This document shows, one piece after another, positions 1 through 7,773 of a stretch of DNA of 64,000 nt. A model generated the notes under the pieces. It did not search any database and was not told the origin of the DNA. It was given only the letters and a program-made list of their open reading frames with translations. This stretch comes from Euryarchaeota archaeon RBG_13_57_23 (GTDB lineage Archaea; Thermoplasmatota; Thermoplasmata; UBA10834). The number at the start of each line of letters is the position of its first letter. Positions within the stretch are counted from its first letter, which is position 1. Both the position numbers and the translations under genes were made by a program. The DNA is taken from positions 6,731 through 70,730 of the forward strand of contig MGVW01000035.1 of the NCBI GenBank assembly GCA_001800675.1, in the 5' to 3' direction.

Positions 1-304
1 GCCTGTAATCTGTAAGGAACTGGCTGAACTGCCCCTGAAGGGTGTACATCTCGTTGTATCTGGTGCTGGAATAGGGGTCGTCCGGGTCCAGGACGATGAT
101 CATGATCAGCTCGTGGGCTGATGCCAGGTCGTTCCCGGCCCCAGCGATGGCTTGCACGACCAGCGTCGACTCATCGTGTATCGTTTCGGCGTTGGCCTTG
201 ATCTCGTACATGCCCTGAATCGAGATCACGCTCACAACCGCTACCGGCGCTAGCGACAGACCCAAGATCACGGCAATCAGCTTTGCCGTCAAGCTCAGCC
301 TCAA
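1..304 (-). CDS. Membrane sensor resembling a methyl-accepting chemotaxis protein N-terminus (5' part only; the gene runs off the window start)
   Basis: Absent from the ORF track because it is truncated. The minus-strand frame from TTG at about 302-304 reads LRLSLTAKLIAVILGLSLAPVAVVSVISIQGMYEIKANAETIHDESTLVVQAIAGAGNDLASAHE. That is one TM helix followed by a helical sensor-like sequence, as in MCP N-termini. A GAAGGTGGTG SD-like run lies directly upstream, and the gene is divergent from cheR. Confidence 0.45.
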   Translation of the reverse strand, partial: MRLSLTAKLIAVILGLSLAPVAVVSVISIQGMYEIKANAETIHDESTLVVQAIAGAGNDLASAHELIMIIVLDPDDPYSSTRYNEMYTLQGQFSQFLTDYR

Positions 305-515
305 TGCACCACCTTCTCGCGCTCATGCAAAAGCTTCCTAGCTGGGGGTAGTTTCCAGCAGGGGGGAGCCTTGCTGTGTCTCAACATCCGTCTGGGGTTT
401 ATTAAATGATGTCGTATTCGTTTTCAACATCGATAACAAGTAGCCAGCATGATGGAAAAAGCGCATTTTCGACCCGGGTAAGGCATATCTACTGACAGAC
501 CCATAAGAGCGCCAG

Positions 516-1337
516 ATGGACATCTCAGAGCAAGATTTCGTCACCCGTGTGATGAGACATCTGTTCAGGGCCAGGGGCATAGACCTCTCGGGATACTCCC
601 AATCGTTCGTCCTGCGCAGCATGAAGAAGAGGCTGGGCAGGTCAGGGGCTGCGGACTACTCCAGCTACCTTAGCCTTCTGACACACAGCGAGGTGGAGAC
701 CAACGAGCTACTGGGTGCATTGTCCATCAATGTGACCGAGTTCTTCAGGGACAAGGGGGCCTTCGAAGGGTTTTCCTCACAGGTCATACGTCCACTCCTC
801 GCCTCCAAGATCAGGGAAGGAGGCGTGCTGCGGATTTGGAGCGCGGGCTGCGCCACGGGTCAGGAGACTTATACGCTCGCGATCTGCGTTGCCGAGGAGA
901 TCAAGAAACTCCAATGCATCTCTGCGCCAGTGGTAGGAATTCAGGGAACGGACATATCGTCGAAAGCGGTCGCGAAGGCAAAGGCAGGAGTCTACACGAA
1001 AACCGAAATGAAGGGTCTGAACGAGAAGTATCTCAATCACTACTTCGAGAAGAACGGCGATCGTTACGAAGTGGTCCAGCCTCTTCGGAAGGGTGTGAGA
1101 TTCGCAGTCGAGAACTTGCTGGATCCTCCAAGTGGCAGCTACTACGATGCCATCGTCTGCAGGAACGTCATGATCTACTTCACGCGCACGATGCACGACG
1201 TGGTCACGATGCACCTGTTCAAAGCTCTGAGGAGTGGCGGTTACCTGATGCTGGGCAGGACCGAGACGCTCATGGGGACGCCAAGGGCGAGTTTCGAGGT
1301 AGTGGACCTCGAGAACAGGATACTCAGGAAGAAGTAG
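516..1337 (+). CDS. cheR: Chemotaxis protein methyltransferase CheR
   Basis: 273 aa. It has the SAM-methyltransferase core VLRIWSAGCATGQETYTLAI and the CRNVMIYF motif, preceded by a helical CheR N-domain-like region. ATG start, TAG stop. Confidence 0.9.
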   Translation: MDISEQDFVTRVMRHLFRARGIDLSGYSQSFVLRSMKKRLGRSGAADYSSYLSLLTHSEVETNELLGALSINVTEFFRDKGAFEGFSSQVIRPLLASKIREGGVLRIWSAGCATGQETYTLAICVAEEIKKLQCISAPVVGIQGTDISSKAVAKAKAGVYTKTEMKGLNEKYLNHYFEKNGDRYEVVQPLRKGVRFAVENLLDPPSGSYYDAIVCRNVMIYFTRTMHDVVTMHLFKALRSGGYLMLGRTETLMGTPRASFEVVDLENRILRKK

Positions 1338-1342
1338 CAGAC

Positions 1343-1591
1343 TTAGTCGATTGCTCGGGCGAGGCCGGTCTCAGAAATCGACTCCGCCTCCATGATGTCC
1401 TCAAGCGATGGAACTTCGACCTCGCTCATGAAGTCACAGATGCATTCATAGCCCTCGCTCAGCTCGTCGGCGAGTTCCTGCTGGAGCCTGTCTATCTGGG
1501 AGGCAGTGAGTGTTCTCGCCATGACCTCCGCGAGCGTGACCCCTTCAGTCTCCGACTGGCGCACTAGTTTCTGCAGTAGAGCATGTGACAT
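1343..1591 (-). CDS. Hypothetical small acidic protein (82 aa from the internal ATG)
   Basis: It fills the otherwise non-coding gap between ilvE and cheR. Starting at the internal Met (MSHALLQKLVRQSE...) avoids an overlap with ilvE, and a purine-rich GAAGGGATGGG lies upstream. I recognise no family. Confidence 0.35.
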   Translation of the reverse strand: MSHALLQKLVRQSETEGVTLAEVMARTLTASQIDRLQQELADELSEGYECICDFMSEVEVPSLEDIMEAESISETGLARAID

Positions 1592-1668
1592 CGCGACCCA
1601 TCCCTTCGTATGACAATCGTCAGACGATGAATGGATCTCTAGCATATATAACATTTGTCTGGACAGGG

Positions 1669-2589
1669 CTAGACGGGCGTCAGCCAATCTCCGTGCTTCT
1701 TGTCATTACCTCTGACGATGGCCATGAACCGGCTCTGAATCGCCTTGGTGATAGGACCTACCTTTCCGTCCCCCACGGATCTTCGGTCGATCTCCCTAAC
1801 CGGGGTGACTTCGGCTGCGGTGCCAGTTAGGAAGATCTCGTCCGCAAGATAGAGCTCAGGTCGCGCGATGTCCTGCTCGACCACCTCATGGCCCATCTCC
1901 TTCGCCAGAACCATGATTGACTCCCTTGTTATTCCGGGAAGGATGCCTGCACTGATCGGCGGAGTTGATATCCTGCCCTTCCGGACCATGAACAGATTCT
2001 CGCCAGAGCCCTCTGCGACCATGTGGGTGTCGTTGAGCATGATCGTCTCGTCGAACCCGTTCATCTTGGCTTCCATGATCGCGAGCGCACTGTTCAGATA
2101 GTCTCCGCAGACCTTCGCCGTTGCGGGAACCGACCCGGTCGTGACCCTGTGCCAGGACGAGGTGTGGGCCCTGATGCCGTTCTTCATTCCCTCCTCGCCC
2201 AGGTACGCGCCGATCGGGAACGCGATGATGAAGACCTCAACAGGATAGCCGGTCGGGTTGACACCGAAGCCGTGGACTCCGTAGAACGCGATCGGTCTGA
2301 TGTAGCACGCACCCAGCTTGTTCGATTTCACGGTATCCTTCGCCGCGCTGCAGAGTTCGTCGACCGTGTATGGAAGCTTGATGTGGAGGACTTTGCACGA
2401 GCTTTGCAGTCGTTCCATGTGCTCCTTGAGCCTGAATATGGCCGGCCCCTTCGGAGTGCTGTACGCTCTTATGCCTTCAAAGGCTCCTGTCCCGTAGTGC
2501 AGTCCATGTGTCATCACATGGACCGTCGCGTCCTCCCACGGGATGAGCTTGCCGTTCTTCCAGATCTTCTCCGTCGGCTGTATCTGCAT
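1669..2589 (-). CDS. ilvE: Branched-chain amino acid aminotransferase (class IV)
   Basis: 306 aa with motifs HYGTGAFEGIRAY, EGSGENLF and GILPGITR, at the typical IlvE length. Confidence 0.9.
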   Translation of the reverse strand: MQIQPTEKIWKNGKLIPWEDATVHVMTHGLHYGTGAFEGIRAYSTPKGPAIFRLKEHMERLQSSCKVLHIKLPYTVDELCSAAKDTVKSNKLGACYIRPIAFYGVHGFGVNPTGYPVEVFIIAFPIGAYLGEEGMKNGIRAHTSSWHRVTTGSVPATAKVCGDYLNSALAIMEAKMNGFDETIMLNDTHMVAEGSGENLFMVRKGRISTPPISAGILPGITRESIMVLAKEMGHEVVEQDIARPELYLADEIFLTGTAAEVTPVREIDRRSVGDGKVGPITKAIQSRFMAIVRGNDKKHGDWLTPV

Positions 2590-2610
2590 ATCCCTACTCT
2601 CCTGGTCTGC

Positions 2611-3399
2611 TTATCGTGCTCGGACTACTTGGTTTCTGAGGCTTCCGACACCGTCCACCTCAACCTCGACTACGTCCCCTTCCTTCATCGGGGCGATGCC
2701 AGAGGGGGTACCAGTGGCAACTATGTCTCCCGGCTCGAGAACCATTATCCTCGATATGTACTCGACTAGTGCAGCGTCCCCGAACACCCTGTCTGAGAGC
2801 GGGCAATCCTGAACCACCTTCCCATTGAGCTTGGTCGTCACCCGAGTCGGGACGTTGTTCGTTAGGAAAGGCCCAACAGGTGCGAATGTGTCGAAACCCT
2901 TTGCCCGAGTCCAGTCCATGTCCGTTTTCTGCAGGTCTCGCGCGGTGACGTCGTTTAGGCACGTGTACCCAAACACGTGTTTGAGGCCGTCCTTCACATG
3001 ACTGGCTCTCTTCCCGACAACGAAAGCGCTCTCTCCTTCGAAATCCACTCTCGCGGACATCTCGGGAAGTAGTATCTTCTCTCCCGGGCCGATGATGGCG
3101 GACGACGGTTTGGAGAAGATTACAGGCTCCTTCGGCGTCGGTGCTTTCATCTCGGCGATGTGGCTTTTGAAGTTCAGGCCGACACACACTATCTTGGACG
3201 GTCGGTCGACTGGTGCGAGGACTTTCAGCTCCGAGAGTCTGTGCGTCCTCGTCGTCTGTTCGACTCCGTACCTGATCGCGTCCATCATGCACGAGGCGTC
3301 CGTCTCGATGACCTGATCTCCGACGACCTCGCCGACGAATGTCCTCTGGTCACGGGCGAACTTGCCAAGCCTCCATATCTGTGATTTGCGAGCGGTCAT
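2611..3399 (-). CDS. Fumarylacetoacetate hydrolase (FAH) family protein
   Basis: 262 aa with the FAH C-terminal domain pattern: CVGLNFKSHIAE, DFEGESAFVVGK, GDIVATGTPSGI. Confidence 0.8.
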   Translation of the reverse strand: MTARKSQIWRLGKFARDQRTFVGEVVGDQVIETDASCMMDAIRYGVEQTTRTHRLSELKVLAPVDRPSKIVCVGLNFKSHIAEMKAPTPKEPVIFSKPSSAIIGPGEKILLPEMSARVDFEGESAFVVGKRASHVKDGLKHVFGYTCLNDVTARDLQKTDMDWTRAKGFDTFAPVGPFLTNNVPTRVTTKLNGKVVQDCPLSDRVFGDAALVEYISRIMVLEPGDIVATGTPSGIAPMKEGDVVEVEVDGVGSLRNQVVRAR

Positions 3400-3472
3400 C
3401 GTACCGTCTGTCCCCTTGAATCACGGACAACTTGACCTCGAAGTGAGCGATAGTTCGTGTTCGATCAGCTGC

Positions 3473-4453
3473 TCACTCGAACATCTTGCGTATCCTTCTG
3501 CCGACTACCTCAATCTGGGATCTCTCTCCTTCTTCTCGCAGCTTTGTGAGCGTCGGCATGCCAGCCTTGTGCTCGTCGACCCACTCTTTGGCGAACTTCC
3601 CCGATCGTATGTCCGCCAGCAAGGTCTTCATCATGGCTTTCACCCTGTCATCGATTATGACCGGGCCTCGGGTCCTGCCGCCGTACTCGGCCGTGTTGGA
3701 CACTCCGTCCCACATGCCCTCGATCCCGCCCTTCTGGACGAGGTCGATTATCAGCTTGAGCTCGTGTAGCACCTCGAAGTAGGCGATCTCCGGCTGGTAG
3801 CCAGCCTCGACGAGCACCTCGAAGGACTTCTTGATGAGCTCGCTCGCGCCACCGCAGAGGTCCGCCTGTTCCCCGAACAGGTCTGTCTCGGTCTCCTCGT
3901 CGAAGGTTGTTTCGATGACTCCCCTGGTGGTCGCCTTCAAACCCTTGGCGATTGCCAGTGCTGTCTTCTTGGCCTTGCCGGAGTGGTCCTGGTAGACTGC
4001 CACGAGAGCCGGGACCCCTATGCCAGAGAGATAGGTCTCCCTGACGAGGGCGCCTGGCCCCTTAGGGGCGACCATGATCACATCGATGTTCTTGGGGGGC
4101 ACTATCCTCTTGAAATGTATGTTGAACCCGTGCGCGAAGTCGAGCGTCATGCCCTTCCGCAGGTACGGAGCCACGTCCTTGTCGTAGACTGTTTTCTGTA
4201 CCTCGTCCGGGATCAGCATCATGACGATATCCGCGCTCTTGACCGCCTCCGGTATTGTGGCGATCCTCATCTTGTCGGCCCTAGCCCTCTTCCAGGTCTC
4301 ATCCTTCAGGTTGAGTCCGAGGACAACGTCGACTCCGCTGTCCCGTAGGTTCAGGGACTGGGCCCTGCCCTGTATTCCGTATCCTATTACTGCGACCCTC
4401 TTGCCCCTCAGGACCTTCAGGTCGGCGTCCTTGTTGTAGTATATCTTCGCCAT
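3473..4453 (-). CDS. ilvC: Ketol-acid reductoisomerase
   Basis: Rossmann motif VAVIGYGIQGRAQSLNLRDSG and EETETDLFGEQADLCGG. The ORF-track start at 4462 is TTG and directly abuts AAGGAGAG. The ATG at 4453 (MAKIYYNKD) has proper SD spacing. Confidence 0.9.
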   Translation of the reverse strand: MAKIYYNKDADLKVLRGKRVAVIGYGIQGRAQSLNLRDSGVDVVLGLNLKDETWKRARADKMRIATIPEAVKSADIVMMLIPDEVQKTVYDKDVAPYLRKGMTLDFAHGFNIHFKRIVPPKNIDVIMVAPKGPGALVRETYLSGIGVPALVAVYQDHSGKAKKTALAIAKGLKATTRGVIETTFDEETETDLFGEQADLCGGASELIKKSFEVLVEAGYQPEIAYFEVLHELKLIIDLVQKGGIEGMWDGVSNTAEYGGRTRGPVIIDDRVKAMMKTLLADIRSGKFAKEWVDEHKAGMPTLTKLREEGERSQIEVVGRRIRKMFE

Positions 4454-4472
4454 CGCGTTCAACTCTCCTTGC

Positions 4473-4835
4473 TCAGATCGCGTTCATCGCCTGTATGTAC
4501 TTCTCCGGCTGGCTCTTGCTGACGATCGCCTCGACCTCTTGGACGCTCCCCGTCACTCTGCACAGGCCTTCCTTGCTGGACAGAAGCGCATAGGCTTCGT
4601 GTCTCGAATGGTCGACCAGGTCGCACTCGATGACCTCTTGGAGCGCCCTCATGTGCTCCAGCACGTTGAGGGCCTTCTCCTTGTCCGTGATCGACAGAAC
4701 TATCCTCGCCCGGTCAGGTATCTCGCACTTCCCGACGACGATCGTTTCGACGTTGATCCTCTTCCTGTTGAACTCGCCCATTACCCGTTGCATCACACCT
4801 GGCTGGTCGTAGACCAGCAGCATCATGACTTCCAT
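4473..4835 (-). CDS. ilvN: Acetolactate synthase small (regulatory, ACT-domain) subunit
   Basis: 120 aa with ACT-domain N-terminus LLVYDQPGVMQRVMGEFNRKRINVETIVVG. Its start codon directly abuts the ilvB stop (TGAATG). Confidence 0.8.
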   Translation of the reverse strand: MEVMMLLVYDQPGVMQRVMGEFNRKRINVETIVVGKCEIPDRARIVLSITDKEKALNVLEHMRALQEVIECDLVDHSRHEAYALLSSKEGLCRVTGSVQEVEAIVSKSQPEKYIQAMNAI

Positions 4836-6521
4836 TCAGCACACCCCGCCTTTCCAGGGGCACCTGCCCTTGATACAGTCCGCCGAAGTCTTCCCCGGGG
4901 GCGTCATGGGGAGCACATCCTCCTCAGGATCCACCACGAAGTCTATCAGGAAGGGCATCTCGGACTTGGTTGCCTTCTGTATAGCTTCCGCGACCTCGGA
5001 AGGCCTCTCGACTCTTATTGCTTCCGCTCCGTAGGCCTCCGCCAGCTTCACGAAGTCCGGTGTCGGGACCGTGAACTGGGAGGCCATATACCTAGAGCCG
5101 TAGAACAGCTTCTGCCACTGCTTGACCATGCCCAACCATCCGTTGTTCAGCAGCGCCACAACCACGGGTATGTCATTCTCGACCGCAGTCGCGAACTCCT
5201 GGGAGACCATCTGGAGGCTGCCGTCCCCCGCGATGTCCACGACCACGCTCTTGGGCCTGGCGATCTTAGCACCGAGGGCCGCAGGGAACCCGAACCCCAT
5301 CGTTCCCAAGCCACCGGACGTGATGAACATGCGCTTCCCGTAGCACTTGTAGAAGTGAGCGGCCCACATCTGGTTCTGCCCCACCTCCGTCGTGACGATC
5401 GCATCATCCGGGAGGTTCTTCGAGAGCTCGTAGATCACTTTCTGGGGCTTCAGCGGCTCTGACTTGAGGTTGTAGTCGCATGAACACTCCTTGTTGAGCT
5501 CTATGATCCTCTGCTTCCATGTGGCAGCCTTCTTCCGTTTCTGCAGCCCGGCGAGGAGCGCGTTGACTACGGTCCACGCGTCGCCTACCAGCCCCACCCT
5601 GCCTTTGACGTTCTTGCCTATCTCCGAGGAGTCGATGTCCACATGGACGACCTTCGTCTTGGCGCCGAACTCGCTGAGTTTCCCCGTCACGCGATCGCTG
5701 AACCGTGTGCCTATTGCCAGGAGCACATCGCAGTTGTTGAGGGCATAGTTGGCGACCTGTCTCCCGTGCATGCCACATACCCCAAGTACTAAGGGGTGAT
5801 TCTCAGGGACTGATCCCTTGGCCATCAACGTGGTGACCACAGGGGCCATGAGCATCTCCGATAGTCTCATGATTTCCGTCCCAGCCTGTGACCAGCTGAC
5901 CCCGCCTCCGACCATTATCGTGGGGCGTTCCGAGTTCTCCAACAGCTTGATCGCATCCAGGAGTCCTTCGAGGTTACGTTTCGGCTTCGGCACCCGAACC
6001 TCCCTCGCCATCTGCTCATCGGTTATCTCCGCCTGGAATATGTCGACTGGTATGTCCACATGGACCGGACCGTATCGACCTGTCATGGCGATGAGGAACG
6101 CCTTCTTCATCGTCTCCGGGAAGACCTTGGGGTCAACAACCCTGAAGTTGTGCTTCGAGACCGGCATCATCAGGCTGAAGGAATCGGCCTCTTGAAAGGC
6201 ATCGTTGCCGAGCACATGGGTTGCTACTTGACCGGTGATAGCCACCATAGGGGAGGAGTCCATGAACGCCGTGGCAACTCCTGTCACAAGGTTCGTTGCA
6301 CCAGGACCCGATGTCGCCACGCATACACCCGGCTTTTTCGCCACTCGCGCGTAACCGTCGGCCATGTGTCCAGCGCATTGTTCGTGCCGGGGAAGTATGT
6401 GCCTGATGTCGGACTGCACAAGCTCGTCGTAGAACGGAAGTAGGACGCCGCCTGGAATGCCGAACATTACCTCTACGTTTTGCTTTTCCAGCAACTCCAC
6501 GGCAGCCCGAGCACCTTTCAT
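4836..6521 (-). CDS. ilvB: Acetolactate synthase large subunit (TPP-dependent)
   Basis: TPP-binding motif IAGDGSLQM...NNGWLGMV at AHAS length. The ORF-track start is 6539. The ATG at 6521 (MKGARAAVELL) follows a GAGGAG SD, so it is preferred. Confidence 0.9.
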   Translation of the reverse strand: MKGARAAVELLEKQNVEVMFGIPGGVLLPFYDELVQSDIRHILPRHEQCAGHMADGYARVAKKPGVCVATSGPGATNLVTGVATAFMDSSPMVAITGQVATHVLGNDAFQEADSFSLMMPVSKHNFRVVDPKVFPETMKKAFLIAMTGRYGPVHVDIPVDIFQAEITDEQMAREVRVPKPKRNLEGLLDAIKLLENSERPTIMVGGGVSWSQAGTEIMRLSEMLMAPVVTTLMAKGSVPENHPLVLGVCGMHGRQVANYALNNCDVLLAIGTRFSDRVTGKLSEFGAKTKVVHVDIDSSEIGKNVKGRVGLVGDAWTVVNALLAGLQKRKKAATWKQRIIELNKECSCDYNLKSEPLKPQKVIYELSKNLPDDAIVTTEVGQNQMWAAHFYKCYGKRMFITSGGLGTMGFGFPAALGAKIARPKSVVVDIAGDGSLQMVSQEFATAVENDIPVVVALLNNGWLGMVKQWQKLFYGSRYMASQFTVPTPDFVKLAEAYGAEAIRVERPSEVAEAIQKATKSEMPFLIDFVVDPEEDVLPMTPPGKTSADCIKGRCPWKGGVC

Positions 6522-6544
6522 CACTAACACACTCCTCATTCACT

Positions 6545-6587
6545 GCCCGCATGGACACCCGAAAAACCGCTTGTGTCCATTACGGGC
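6545..6587 (-). promoter_or_regulatory. Imperfect 13-bp inverted repeat/hairpin in the ilvB leader
   Basis: GCCCGCATGGACAC-(14 nt)-GTGTCCATTACGGGC, lying about 25 nt upstream of the ilvB SD. A TATA-like TATAAAAAC (minus strand, about 6708-6716) sits about 170 nt further upstream. Confidence 0.4.
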
Positions 6588-6738
6588 GCAAGATCCGCAG
6601 GTCGACCAGAACCCCTAGCACGACGAGAATAGGTGCCAATCCACAATGACCAGCGGACGCTCGCATCGGGGCTCACAATGGCCAAGCGGATATTAATATC
6701 TTGTCTGGCCGTTTTTATACACGTTCGGATGTGCTGGC

Positions 6739-7689
6739 TCAATGCTTTCCGAAATGACCCCGGCCCGACAGCACCGAAACGAAAAGGTGGTTCCTGGAGT
6801 CTAGCTTCGAGATGCCCCACACCGCCCCTGCGGATGCCGGGAGGATGTCGAGCTTCTCCTCGAGCTTGATGACTCTGGAAGCCTCGATGAGCTGCTCGTC
6901 GGGGATCTCCACGCCCGTACCATTCGAGTCCAGCATGGCCGATATGGCTTCGTCGGGGTCCGCGAGGAAGTTGCCTGATAGGGGCTCGTTTATTTCGGTG
7001 ATCTTCAGGTCGGGCACGTTCAGTGAAGTCCTCAATCCAGATGCTACCCCGTGGACTGCCGAGTTGTTGTTCGAAACCCCCAGGATCCTGGGTTTCATGC
7101 TCATACCCCGAAAGCCGTGCCACACTCCCCCAATCAGAGATCCGTTGCCGACGGGGACGGAGACCCAGTCAGGCGGTCGTCCAATCCCCTGGGCGATCTC
7201 TTTCGCTATGTAAGTATAGGCAAAGATGTCCAAGCCGCTGTTCACTCCTCCGGGGTTGGCGTTGTACCATTTGTTGGCTGTAGACTCCTCAGCGGCTTTC
7301 CTGAGGGCGTACTCGTAGTCCCCATCCACGTCCTTGACCTCAGAGGACAGGGACTCTATCTCGGCCCTTCTCGGAGCTGCGAAGTCCTTCGGGATGTAGA
7401 TGCGGGCCTGCATGTTCAGCTTATCAGCGACATACGCAAGCGCGGCGCCGTAGTTGCCGCAGCTGACCGCAGTCACCTTCTTCATGCCCTTGTCCCTGGC
7501 ATTCAGGCAGTGGACGAGCGCAGCGCGGTCCTTGTGGGTGCCCGAAGGGTTCTCCCCTTCTAGCTTCAGGAACAACCGGCGGATTCCGAGGCGCTTCTCG
7601 AGCTTCTGTGCCCTCACCAGCGGAGTCCCCCCGATCCTGAGAGCTTTCATCTGCATCTCGAGTTCTCTTATCAGTTCAAGCGGGATCAA
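6739..7689 (-). CDS. PLP-dependent enzyme, fold type II (threonine synthase/cysteine synthase-like)
   Basis: 316 aa. The PLP-lysine context is NPSGTHKDRAA, followed by SCGNYGAA. TTG start. Confidence 0.7.
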   Translation of the reverse strand: MIPLELIRELEMQMKALRIGGTPLVRAQKLEKRLGIRRLFLKLEGENPSGTHKDRAALVHCLNARDKGMKKVTAVSCGNYGAALAYVADKLNMQARIYIPKDFAAPRRAEIESLSSEVKDVDGDYEYALRKAAEESTANKWYNANPGGVNSGLDIFAYTYIAKEIAQGIGRPPDWVSVPVGNGSLIGGVWHGFRGMSMKPRILGVSNNNSAVHGVASGLRTSLNVPDLKITEINEPLSGNFLADPDEAISAMLDSNGTGVEIPDEQLIEASRVIKLEEKLDILPASAGAVWGISKLDSRNHLFVSVLSGRGHFGKH

Positions 7690-7773
7690 TCGAAGTCATT
7701 ACTCCTCAAAGGGGTTGGAATTACAGGCGGATATCATATCCGCCTGCTTTGATGTTTGGCAGGGCTGCTGCGC

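Noticed and set aside
405-500. A possible C/D-box sRNA (AATGATGT ... CATGATGG ... CTGA) in the MCP/cheR intergenic region
   Set aside because: The boxes do not match RUGAUGA exactly. The spacing (~90 nt) is far too long for an archaeal C/D sRNA, and there is no internal D'/C' pair.
836-1567. A 243-aa plus-strand ORF overlapping cheR in another frame
   Set aside because: It is an Arg/Gly/Glu-rich out-of-frame product, and the cheR frame carries the diagnostic methyltransferase motifs.
1592-1687. An N-terminal extension of the small acidic ORF (ORF-track start 1687)
   Set aside because: It would overlap the 3' end of ilvE. The internal ATG at 1591 gives a non-overlapping gene with a purine-rich upstream element.
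4539-5462. A 307-aa plus-strand ORF overlapping ilvN/ilvB
   Set aside because: It is antisense to two strongly recognisable genes. Its Arg/His/Leu/Pro-rich composition is typical of GC-rich shadow frames.
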